64,000 bases of DNA from Aplysia californica (Eukaryota): the NCBI RefSeq assembly GCF_000002075.1, contig NW_004797290.1:1142127-1206126 (forward strand), in the 5' to 3' direction. Positions 1-11,900 of this stretch are shown piece after piece. The notes beneath the pieces are model-generated. The model saw nothing but the letters and a program-made list of their open reading frames with translations. It did not search any database and had not been told where the DNA came from. The position numbers were made by a program, and so were the translations under genes. Each line of letters opens with the position of its first letter. Position 1 is the stretch's first letter.

Positions 1-22
1 TCATCGTCATCGTCACCATCAC

Positions 23-82
<60 letters not shown>
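1..82. repeat. (CAT)n microsatellite
   Basis: Direct reading. Confidence 0.97.
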
Positions 83-1716
83 TAAGAGCCAGATTTGTGA
101 CAGATATCGGCAATCATGGTTCGCCATTCATTCCTTTACTCGGATGCTCTAAAAAAAAAAAGTTATATTCTTATTATTCTGATGTTTCCCTGTCACCCAC
201 CTGTTTCTATTATCTATTTGTGGTGGCCGAATGTTGCTATTCAAAAAGCTTTCTAATGGCTGCATAGATCGACATGCGGTTTTCGCCAAAAGATTCTTTA
301 AAAATTCTCCAGATCATGACTCCTTCGTTTTTGTTTTTTCAGTTTTGAGACAGTTTTGCTGCAAAAAGCTAAATTTCTTTATTTCACCGATCGCTTTTGT
401 AGTCCGACGCTTCTGTCTCTGTAATTTAAGAAAATCCGCCAGGTTTACTTATTTCAAGTCGTCCTTTCGTTCGATACCATCGCGCTTTGTCGGGCAATAC
501 ACTGAGCACTATTTAAGTGTGCGACCCGTTTAGATCTAAGTTTAATTTTCAGTTTTTCATTAGTTTCGTTCAGTTCTAATCTTGGGAAAGTCCGTCTTCT
601 AAGACGACATTGTAAACAAGTGATGCTTCCGTTCACTAGCCGTGCGTACTGTTCCTCAATGACTTGATTTCTTTTTATTCCTTTGATCGAAAGAGGGCCC
701 AGTTATAGCTTGTAACAAAAATGTTGCCGATGTGTGACGCAGGATATCTCAAAGACTACCCAACCGATCACCTTCATATTTTGAGAAGAGCTTAGTATCC
801 ATCTCATCCACTGGGAAATGCAATAAATTTTCCGAAATTGAGGCTGGTAAATTAATTACGAAGTATCATTACTAATTCAATACAAGTTTTACAGTAATCA
901 CGTGCTGAAAGTTGGACAAATTGCTTGTTTCTCGGATGTTCATAGGCGTTGCCAGCTCTGAACAAATTTCATGACCATTATCTGAAGCGACATTGATGGT
1001 TACACAATCACCTTACATCTTTCCAATAGCGCGTCCCACAAGATCTCTGTCAAAGGTATCAAATTTAACAGGTCGGCCTCTCTTTGTCACCTCGACGTCT
1101 TCGGTTGCATTTTCCTCCGACATCCATCTGTTCAAAGTCTGTCACTTAAATCAAGCAAATGTTTAATTCTGCTAAATGGATCAGAAATTGAACTATTTAG
1201 ACGACCGCAATTTTTCTCACAAGTGAAATAATTATATACTTTCAGAGCAATATTCTTGTGAGTAAAGAATTTCAGCTTTAATTTCGACTTCATCTTCATC
1301 ACAATATATGGTATTTAGCAAGTTAACAATTCAAAATATAAAAACCACACTGCCCAAATGGATCACAAAAGCGTACACGTGTACACGCCTATGACTCTTG
1401 ATAATTACTGACAGGCCACAGTTCCGTTCTCTTGTTCCTTGGGCGGACACATGTGTTCGTGTGTAACAAAAGTGATTGTTTACCTATAGAAAACAGCAGT
1501 TGTGAAAAAACACTTCTCACGATTTTCACTACAGTTTTGAAAATACACAGAGTCGTCAAAGCCGTCATAATGTTTAGATTTGTCAGAAAAAAACCCATAA
1601 TTATTATGCTTTCCTCAAACATAAAAATCAAAGCAAATTTAAATTACTCTGTAAAAAAAATCAACTCTGAATGTTCTTTCGTTCAAAACAATTGGAAAAT
1701 AAAATTCAATTCATAG

Positions 1717-2050
1717 TGGGCCTGTGACAAACTGGGCCTATGACAAACTGTAGTTTGTCCTGTGACTAACTGGGCCTGTGACAAACTGTAGTTTGTCCTG
1801 TGACTGACTGGGCCTGTGACAAACTGTAGTCTGTCCTGTGACTGACTGTTTACTGGGCCTGTGACAAACTGTAGTTTGTCCTGTGACTAACTGTTTACTG
1901 GGCCTGTGACAAACTGTAGTCTGTCCTGTGACTGACTGTTTACTGGGCCTGTGACAAACTGTAGTTTGTCCTGTGACTAACTGTTTACTGGGCCTGTGAC
2001 AAACTGTAGTCTGTCCTGTGACTAACTGTTTACTGGGCCTGTGACACACT
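1717..2050. repeat. Minisatellite, 45-bp unit (shorter variants at the left end)
   Basis: Unit GGGCCTGTGACAAACTGTAG(T/C)TGTCCTGTGACT(A/G)ACTGTTTACT, about 8 copies. Confidence 0.95.
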
Positions 2051-2118
2051 GAGCAGTCCCCGGGCTTGAGAGGGATACAACATCACATCACAAAGACCGA
2101 GATACTCGATTAAAGATT

Positions 2119-2189
2119 CTCCCCACTCGGGAATCAACCCGGGTCTCCTGCGTGCGACAGCGAAGCCCCCTACCCACTACACCACAGGA
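2119..2189 (-). pseudogene. Degenerate tRNA-Asp-like sequence / SINE head
   Basis: Reverse complement TCCTGTGGTGTAGTGG...CTGTCGCACGCAGGAGACCCGGGTTGATTCCCGAGTGGGGAG resembles tRNA-Asp(GTC), but stems and T loop are disrupted. Confidence 0.5.
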
Positions 2190-2293
2190 GCAGGTACAAA
2201 AATACTGAGTACGGATATCATGATCAATACCCGTAAGACAAGGTATTAACTGAGTACAGTCACAGTTCAACACTGGAGTTTTGTCTTAATTAA

Positions 2294-2506
2294 CCTCTTC
2301 ACTGCAGAGTAGACTATGTTCTGGCTTGTATTCTGCACTTATATTGTGTTATCGGGTCGACAAAAAGAAGTTTTCTTTGGTATAGTTACAACTTGCGATT
2401 TTGCTTATTCTGAAACTATTCTCTTTGTTTAAATATTCCTTGAATTAACATTTTTCTTGCCAATAGCCTACAGATGTTGGTGGGCATTTTGTCAGCAGTG
2501 AAGGGG
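2294..2506. mobile_element. piggyBac-type MITE
   Basis: TTAA on both sides; TIR CCTCTTCACTGC / GCAGTGAAGGGG. Confidence 0.75.
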
Positions 2507-2510
2507 TTAA

Positions 2511-3367
2511 CCCTTTGAGCCCTGACCTCCTGTCCTGAGACTACGGTGCCCCTCTGCCTGAGCTCCTGAGCGATATATTACTAACATTCATTTGATCGTC
2601 AGGATCATATTCCATATCCCACAAAACTCAAGGTAGTCCTTGTCATTTTTCATCATACGGTGCCTTGCCGACTGGCGAGGGCGATCATGGACCTCCACTT
2701 CACTCTGTCTTGCGTTGCAGCAATGGTGTCTGTTGTTCTTGCTGCTCCTAGCCATGTTGTCATCTTGTCCAGTATCTTTTCCCTCTGTCTGTCTCTGCCT
2801 CTCTTTCCATCAAACTTGCCTGTTGTTACAATATTCTCCATTGCTTCTTTCCTCATTACTAGTCATTACTCGTATCTAATTCAGAAAGATCTTCAAAATA
2901 ATCAATCATGTCTTGTGTAAGCCCAGTAAACGCTGTTTTCCGTACCCGTTTTGTATCAGGCAGGCCTGGTTGCGGATAGGGCTGGACTATGAGTCGCTTT
3001 AGCAAAATCCGGATAATATGTTAATGTTAGTGCACCTCTTCGGTAAATAATATGTTATGAACCGATTCGGCAAATGGATTAAAACCACTTTGACAAACGG
3101 GTTAGCATCACTTCAACGAATAAGTGCACCCACTTCGGCAAACGGGTCAGGAAAAAGAGTAAAGAGTCTGAATTCGAATAATGTCTTATTGAGGATTATC
3201 CGATTATCCCGATATTTATCCGGATTTTGCGAACCTCTAGTTGTGGATAGGGTCTCACCAAGAAGCTGTAACCTCCTTTGGTCTCGCTCATCGGTATATT
3301 ATACTGGTGGCTGGGCACACGGCAGTTTTACGCGCCACCAGTGTAACGGTGACAAGGGCTCAAAGGG
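2511..3367. mobile_element. piggyBac-type non-autonomous element with nested RTE fragment
   Basis: TTAA on both sides; perfect 13-bp TIR CCCTTTGAGCCCT. Confidence 0.8.
2640..2860 (-). mobile_element. RTE-clade LINE 3' fragment
   Basis: MENIVTTGKFDGKRGRDRQREKILD...QDRVKWRSMI is typical of the RTE ORF C-terminus. Confidence 0.8.
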
Positions 3368-4207
3368 TTAAAAGACAGTATATCCCACTTTGGACGAAAC
3401 TGAGTTATCGATTCCACCTGATAGTTTAAAACATGGCGCACATTTTTTCTGCACTAGTCTTGTTCCTACATCTTTGAAAAAAAGGCGCGGTAAAGTGTTT
3501 TGAAGATACTCATAGCTACAGGCTGGTGACAGACGAAAATGTGGGTGGTTTTTGTTTGGGGGGGTTGTTGTTTTTTTTGTTTTTTTTAACATGATGCACT
3601 CTAGCAAGATGTTTATATACATATGAAAGAGACGTAGACCACTACTAGATTGATAAAATAACTTGTCTTAACCTTGGAAAAGACGAGAAGTTGTTTGTAG
3701 CGTACTTGAATCCGCCTCTTATCGCTATTTTGTAAACAATGATTAGGAATTGACCTTGAAGAGTCAAAGAGGAGAATGCTTGTTCTGTTGTAAAACCTCT
3801 CAATAGATACATGTATGTAGACCGACATTTTTGTCTCATATCTTAAAGAGATATGTGATTCCTATATCATTGTGAAGACGCCACTTTTAACTTAAGTACG
3901 GTACTGATAACAGTTAGGTTTTTAAGTTCGAGCTTTATCAGCTCTGATCAAGGATGTCCATGCATAAAGACCTTTGAATCAGCATTTTCTTTGCGGAAAC
4001 ATGGATAATTTCAATTTGTCTACGTTATCTCTGGTACCTGCATCAGCAATCATTTATCAGTAGTAACTATGGTCACCAATCATGCACAACCAAATTTGAC
4101 AAACGGGAAACGACCAGTCAAAGTAATTACAAAATTAGTTTACATCAACGGTGTTCCCTGTGCACTCACTCATCCTCTCCCTTCTCCACTATCAGCCTGT
4201 GTCCCCC

Positions 4208-4985
4208 NNNNNNNNNNNNNNNNNNNNNNNNNNNNNNNNNNNNNNNNNNNNNNNNNNNNNNNNNNNNNNNNNNNNNNNNNNNNNNNNNNNNNNNNNNNNN
4301 NNNNNNNNNNNNNNNNNNNNNNNNNNNNNNNNNNNNNNNNNNNNNNNNNNNNNNNNNNNNNNNNNNNNNNNNNNNNNNNNNNNNNNNNNNNNNNNNNNNN
4401 NNNNNNNNNNNNNNNNNNNNNNNNNNNNNNNNNNNNNNNNNNNNNNNNNNNNNNNNNNNNNNNNNNNNNNNNNNNNNNNNNNNNNNNNNNNNNNNNNNNN
4501 NNNNNNNNNNNNNNNNNNNNNNNNNNNNNNNNNNNNNNNNNNNNNNNNNNNNNNNNNNNNNNNNNNNNNNNNNNNNNNNNNNNNNNNNNNNNNNNNNNNN
4601 NNNNNNNNNNNNNNNNNNNNNNNNNNNNNNNNNNNNNNNNNNNNNNNNNNNNNNNNNNNNNNNNNNNNNNNNNNNNNNNNNNNNNNNNNNNNNNNNNNNN
4701 NNNNNNNNNNNNNNNNNNNNNNNNNNNNNNNNNNNNNNNNNNNNNNNNNNNNNNNNNNNNNNNNNNNNNNNNNNNNNNNNNNNNNNNNNNNNNNNNNNNN
4801 NNNNNNNNNNNNNNNNNNNNNNNNNNNNNNNNNNNNNNNNNNNNNNNNNNNNNNNNNNNNNNNNNNNNNNNNNNNNNNNNNNNNNNNNNNNNNNNNNNNN
4901 NNNNNNNNNNNNNNNNNNNNNNNNNNNNNNNNNNNNNNNNNNNNNNNNNNNNNNNNNNNNNNNNNNNNNNNNNNNNNNNNNNNNN
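4208..4985. other. Assembly gap (others: 6052-6544, 19001-19166, 22537-22671, 22769-23118, 23289-23388, 24732-25199, 58387-58943, 63282-63410)
   Basis: N runs, mostly flanked by microsatellites. Confidence 0.99.

Positions 4986-5020
<35 letters not shown>
4986..5020. repeat. (GA)n microsatellite at gap edge
   Basis: Direct reading. Confidence 0.95.
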
Positions 5021-5023
<3 letters not shown>

Positions 5024-5701
5024 AAAGAGAACAGACAGAGAACAAAGAGTATCGCCCCATACAGTGCCCCCAGTCTAGGATCTAGGATATATAACCCAAC
5101 AATCAAGGTCCGTGTTTACTCACCGAGGGAGGGAGGCGAGCTCTGTGGTCTGGTGTCCACAGGTCATAGGAACCTCCTCGTCCGGTCATTGTGTTGGCAA
5201 ATCCTCACAGTTACAGTGTCAATAATATTTTACTTTGTCGGCCTCTCTATGTCGAGCCAGTTCTTGAATCTCTGGTCGGTTTCCTGGATGCCTTTTCGGT
5301 TTTCTGAATCTCTTGCCGTCGTTTTTTAATTATTTTTTAAAATTCTGAATCTCTTGCCGTCGGTTGGTTGTTGTTTTTTTGTATCTCTTGTCGGTTTCTG
5401 GGTCTCTTTTAGGTTTATAAGAGCTCGCTAGAGCTTCAGAATAATTATCCTGTCTGTTCCAAATATTCTTGCGAAGGGTCACACTATTCAGATCAGAATA
5501 CCGTCTCGCTTAGAGCCGAAAGAACGATGTCTTCTGGGTGGGTTAGGTTGTTCGAGACCTTCTAGAAAGAGATGCCTGGCTTTCAGGCAATAGTACACGT
5601 GGGAAAGATCCAAAGGTGAGCCTCTGTTATCACGAAAACTCTCCTCTTTTTGTTGTTGCTGTTGTTGTCGACGTAACGTTGGAAGCTGCCAGGCTGGGGA
5701 A

Positions 5702-5716
5702 ATAATAATAATAACA

Positions 5717-5748
<32 letters not shown>

Positions 5749-5760
5749 AATGATGATGAT
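5702..5760. repeat. (AAT)n/(GAT)n microsatellite
   Basis: Direct reading. Confidence 0.95.
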
Positions 5761-7837
5761 TGCATTACAGGATGTGAAAGCTTTTCTGCCCAAGCAAGAC
5801 ACAAAATTAACGCCTTTTTTTTATTCAACCATTGTCGTATGTTGTGACGTACAAGATAACTCCTATAGGCCAGAAAGACTCGCTGTGTGTCGCTTTGGAT
5901 TACCTCCTCCCACCAAAACAACAGTACATGTATGTCGTTTTCACGTGACCAAATTAAACACACATTTCATGACCATCATCTATCAAAATGCTTCCATCTT
6001 AACCATCTTGTATAAGTATACTTACGACCTTAGAGCATGCATCAAAATAACNNNNNNNNNNNNNNNNNNNNNNNNNNNNNNNNNNNNNNNNNNNNNNNNN
6101 NNNNNNNNNNNNNNNNNNNNNNNNNNNNNNNNNNNNNNNNNNNNNNNNNNNNNNNNNNNNNNNNNNNNNNNNNNNNNNNNNNNNNNNNNNNNNNNNNNNN
6201 NNNNNNNNNNNNNNNNNNNNNNNNNNNNNNNNNNNNNNNNNNNNNNNNNNNNNNNNNNNNNNNNNNNNNNNNNNNNNNNNNNNNNNNNNNNNNNNNNNNN
6301 NNNNNNNNNNNNNNNNNNNNNNNNNNNNNNNNNNNNNNNNNNNNNNNNNNNNNNNNNNNNNNNNNNNNNNNNNNNNNNNNNNNNNNNNNNNNNNNNNNNN
6401 NNNNNNNNNNNNNNNNNNNNNNNNNNNNNNNNNNNNNNNNNNNNNNNNNNNNNNNNNNNNNNNNNNNNNNNNNNNNNNNNNNNNNNNNNNNNNNNNNNNN
6501 NNNNNNNNNNNNNNNNNNNNNNNNNNNNNNNNNNNNNNNNNNNNGTGTGTGTGTGTGTACATGTATTATAAATACATTTCACTATTTCACTTAACACATT
6601 CCTTTTAGTTTTGCAAATTATTAAAACCACTTGTGGGATAGAGAAGAACAGAAGAAAAAACCCCACAGGTATTGTTGATCGTATGGGCCGTCTTCAAAGT
6701 TTACTCTAACGTCTGGATCCAATCATAAGTCAGAGGTAAGGCCTACATGTAACATGGTTGAATGGCACCACTGGAGGGTAGGCCCTTACTTATTTTCTTC
6801 CCCTCTGTTTTTTCTGTCTATCTGATTTACCACTTCCCTGCACTACTTGACCGTTATTGTGTCGATGTGCTTCTCTTTCCTCAAACTCAAAACTCAAACA
6901 TGTCTCCACATTTATTACAGGCAGTCCAACCCCGGCATCACTGCTTTCATGAAGAAAATGGGCTTTGGTGATGATTACACGAAACTGGAGCAGTACTACA
7001 TGCAGAAGTAAGTCACTGGGCGTACGTTCGTACACAACCGTACAGTTATAATGATAGGCCTGATTGGTAGCAGAATATAGACCCGATCATAATCATCATT
7101 CTCATAACAAGAATAATAATATATGGCATTTACGTAGCCTCAACCCCAATTAAAAAGGGCTGGTTCCGAGCGCTTTGCATGTCTACAAAAGCAGCAGCAA
7201 AAGTACAGTAGACCTACAATGTGTCCCGTCCAAAGAGGTTATTTGTTATCATGTCTTAAATTTATATCATTTCTCCTAAAAACAGAAATGGCATTAGTCG
7301 ACTGTTCATGAATTGAAAATATCTGCAGTGTGTTCCATAAAATGCAAATGCTCTTTCATCGATTTTTTAAAGTTTCATTGACATCAATAGAATAGGCTAA
7401 TTTGTTTTTGTCAGTTAGTGACCTTGAACTGTGAGCTGGAAAAAACCCAGTTTCAACTGATTTGATAAATATACGATTGTGCCCTATCATTCAAGTTCAA
7501 GCATTTGTGATATAGAGTGGCGTACTTGTACTGTACATTATTATGTTCTCAACTGTTGGAAATCAGCCTTTAGATACAAGTAATCTTACCAACCCACAAG
7601 ATCCTTAAAATAAGTAAAAGAAACCAAAAAAAAAAAGAAGGACACGATTTTTTTTCTCTCAGGATTTAGCTTAGTACCAAACCTTGCAACATCATGATCA
7701 GTATTATTATTACTTCAATATCCACATGGATTTAAAGGACGAGAATCGCTTCCACGTCTCTATTCCGGTGTTTGCTTTAGACGTTCTTTTATTGTCTTTT
7801 TTTAAAACGTGATTTCAATGTTTCAATTGGCTTTCAG

Positions 7838-7907
7838 GGTGCTTGACATTGTGTCTGGTCTGAAAAAGGGATACATGGTTTGGCAAGAGGTCGTCGACCT
7901 TGCAAAG
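7838..7907 (+). CDS. HEXB: Hex-1 exon (human exon 10 equivalent)
   Basis: tttcag|G...AAG|gtacac; [23 protein letters not shown], 70 nt. Confidence 0.9.
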
Positions 7908-8879
7908 GTACACTGCTTTCTTGTCTTCGTACAATATGTAACAAGTTAGCTAATCGTTTTGTGCGGCTGCATTCTGCCATTCTTATTATGATTTACATGA
8001 AGCCGTTATTGTATTTTTGTCCAAGTCCTACCTTAAACCTTGCCTGTTAACAGTACGCTGATGAGCCACACTAAGTACAACCACATGTACATTAGAAATG
8101 TCTCATGAGTTTAAAGTCTGAACCTGTCACCGTAATTAGCCTGATGGTAGTTGTAAAGTTCAAAGAGCATGCTGTAAAGCAAGAGTACGCCCATTTTTAA
8201 TTAAATGATCTTTATTAATCAATCGATTAACGTGTCTTTGGTCAGGACTTGGACATGTGGAGGGTTGTTTGAGAGCACAGATTTACACCGTAAAATACAC
8301 CGTATTTGACAGTCAAGTTTGAATGCTCAATACGGAACACTGTATGCATTCCTACCTTAGTTTTTTGCTTGGTTCTAACTACAGTCGAAACTGTCTAAGA
8401 CGGCCGCCCATTGTCGGGTAGAAAAGTGACCTTCGTCTTAGATCGACGTCTTACACAATGTCATTATAAAGTACAAAAATACGCCGTGGAAGAAATGGGA
8501 AGTGGTAGTTAGTACAAGTGATTGTTTTACATGTATACAGATGGCCTTAAGAGCAGGTTCACTGTTGTAATAATAATTTCCTTATGTTGGCAGGTAGCTG
8601 AAGACACTATTGTGAATGTTTGGAGAGACAAGTGGCAGGACGAGATGGCCAGGGTGACAGGTATGGGCTACAAGACACTCCTCTCCAACTGTTGGTACCT
8701 CAACTACATCAGCTATGGTCCCGACTGGAGTACTTACTACAAGTGTGACCCACAAGACTTCCCAGGTGCGTCCCATTGTACTCATGCGTTTGTGTGAGTG
8801 TGTGTTGTGTGTGTGTGAGTGTTTGTGAGAGTGTGTACATGTATATATATTTATGTGTGTGCGTGCGTGATGCGCGCCC

Positions 8880-8953
<74 letters not shown>

Positions 8954-11900
8954 ATAAGAAAGAGGAGGACGAAAGTGACGCCGAGGAAAGGAGGAGGAGG
9001 AGGAATTATTCTGTTACTCTCCGGGAACCTTAATTATGATAAGGAGGAGGGTGTTTAGAGGTAATAACAAAGAGAGCTCCTTTCTCAGGAGGTTTCTGCT
9101 CTCATTTCTATATTCTGGCAAGTTTGGGCCTACTGAAGATGGATTTTGCTTTAGAGTGATTACTTTCTGCATTTGTATTCTCGCGTATTCTGCTGTTACA
9201 TCACACGTAACATGCATTCTGATGTTTTATTTCAGGCACTGCTCAACAGAAAAGTCTTGTTCTTGGAGGGACAACAACAATGTGGGGGGAATATGTTGAC
9301 GACACAAATCTCATCTCCAGATTTTGGTGAGTTGTACTTGTAGCCTACTTACTTGTAGATTCTACTTGTACAATGTATCACTATCTGGATATCAGTAATT
9401 CTATTGAAGTTTTGTTTTCTCGTTGTAAAGTAGAAAGTGAAATGAAAATAGTAGGCTTGTTTTCTATAAGGTGAAAACTTTTATTTCAGTACATGTACAT
9501 ATAAGGCAGTAAAAATTCATAAATTATGCATTATCATCGATTTATTATCTCACTCCGGAAGAGCTTGGGCGTCTGATATTACTGATAACAAAGCCCTCGG
9601 TTTTTGTTGGGTTTTTTTTGTTGTTTTGTTTAAGCTAGAATCTAGGTCTGAGCGAATCTTGTAATAGAAAGATAACATAAAATCAATCTAGTTAATCAAC
9701 ATAGACTCAGATTGTGTAGTTGGTGAGTGTAATTAGTATGAAGCACTATATAATGGTAGGCCCTACTCATTTAATCCTCGGTTTCATTCGCCTCTATCAG
9801 TATCACTGACCATCCTGGTATTGGTCATGGGCTGACTAGCGTAGCACTCGCGCGGGCTGTTTGAATTTGATTGAATAGCTTACTGATCAAGTTAACATCT
9901 GACTTTTTGATGTACTGGGGTTCTCATTAGTGCCTTTATCCTGTGAGCTGAAGGACGAATAATACTATAGATACCGGGTAGATCTAGTAATATTATACAT
10001 GTACCCATCACACCTCTCTTATTCTTATCGCTGAATTACTCTCTCTCATTTTCATGTCTGTTCTGAAGTGTTCTGGGCGAACTTCTCCAACTCCAGGAGT
10101 TATGCCCCATATTAAGCCAGGGATTTGCCTCCAGATCTGGGCCTTCCTCTCTTTCTCCTCACCTGTTGGGGGGAGGGGAGGGGGGGTCCTTCATAGTCAT
10201 CTTAGCTTTGCTCCTGTTTGCGTCGAGAAAAATTACGAACTTGGTCAGTAATGTAACAAACAAATACATTGCTGTGAATCAGTGTGTTCTCCACGGCTAT
10301 TTAGACATTTAGTTTTTACAGATACTTAATTGAACACTGCTGTCAATCAGTTGAATCAGTGTGTGTACACCATACATTTAGATCTAGTACATGTATTTAG
10401 ATCTAGACTTCAATGTAACATTGTTGTAAACCCAAGAGGTATTACATGTATTAGTACATGTACAGGTATATAGAAAAGTCTAGATATAGGCGTACCCACC
10501 AATGTCCCACTATTTCGTTTCTGTCGTCAGGCCACGAGCAGCGGCTGTAGGTGAGCGTCTGTGGAGTGACGCCTCTGTCACTGATGTCGGCGAGGCCCAA
10601 CTGCGTATCGCTGAACACCGATGTCGCATGGTCAAGTAAGTCTTAATACTTAATGTCACTGGACGAAGTATTTTTTTTCTTCTTTTTGGTAAGTGCTTTA
10701 TGCATTTGCAATTGCATAACTTAATAAGGTCATGTGAGAGCGCGGGACACATTTAACATAGATCTAACATTTTCAGTTAGTAGGAAATTTTGAATTTTGG
10801 CTGGGTGGCGGTCGAAGCCTACTCTTATCGATTTTAGACCACCAATTGATGTTTAAGTAGCCTACGTGCGCAACTTGCACGCGGGACCCCCGAGATTGTT
10901 TGCCCTTGTCCGAGAAGTAGAAGGCTTGGTGTAGATCTTTCCTACCACTACTACCAGAAAATCAGGGGTGTGGCTGAAAGACAGCAGTTAGGAGGAGCCA
11001 AGGAGTAGCAGTAGCAGTAGAAAGGCTGCAGAAAGAGTCAGAAACCCAGAGGAGGGGGCAAAGAAGATGAGGGGATGGGGGCACAAAGTGGAGACGAAAG
11101 CAGATAACAGAACGTTGCTAGAGAGAAAGAAAGGGGGTAAAAGGAGACATTGTTTCTATCGCTACCTGGATTCAAACCCGGGACCTTTGAATTAGAGGCA
11201 ACCACCTTAACCTCTAGGCCACGTGGATGTGCAATGGGACATGCATACGGTACCGTAATTGTGTGGCATGATAGGCGCCTATATATAATATGTAGTGGCA
11301 TCGTGGTGAAATCAGACGCCTGTCAAAATAATGAAATCAAAATAAAAAAGACCGGCATTTTTCCGCTTGTTGGGCGCATTTTTTAATGCTTTTTTTTCCT
11401 CAATACCTTTTAAGGCCATCTAAAAATACATGTCTATCTGGATTTTACTGAAAACCGCTGATCAAAGGTACACCCCAAAAAAGTGCAAATTTGCAGTTTC
11501 CAAGGATACTCACACTTTGGAAGTCATCAAACTTGGTGGCCATTTTCTCACTAATTTTACCTCTGACACTAAGCGACCTTTCTTCAAGCACAAATATCTC
11601 GACATCTCTTCAAGATAGATGGGTATTCTATTCTTGAAAAGCAAGATAAATCGTAATAAATGATTACGCCTTACTCAATATGATACCAATACATGTAGAT
11701 ATATCTCCATATGTCCAAATGACGAGCGTCTACTGAATCCACCAAATTATGGTGTTCTTTTCTTCTAAAATCTATTCTAAGTCAATAGACCTAAATAAAT
11801 GAAATCTCATCTTTGAAAGGCGTAACCCGGTACTGATTTAACAATGTCCTTTTCAGAAGATCGAAGATCAGCATGGTAGGCCTACACATTGAGAGCATAA

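Noticed and set aside
1717-2050. CRISPR array, or the 103-aa repeat ORF 1738-2049
   Set aside because: Head-to-tail units with no unique spacers, in a eukaryotic context; the ORF exists only because the unit is 45 nt.
4069-6666. Long ORFs spanning N runs (also 22489-23581, 24604-25286, 57939-59102)
   Set aside because: Artefacts of gaps and microsatellites; only the RT part of 58178-59512 is meaningful.
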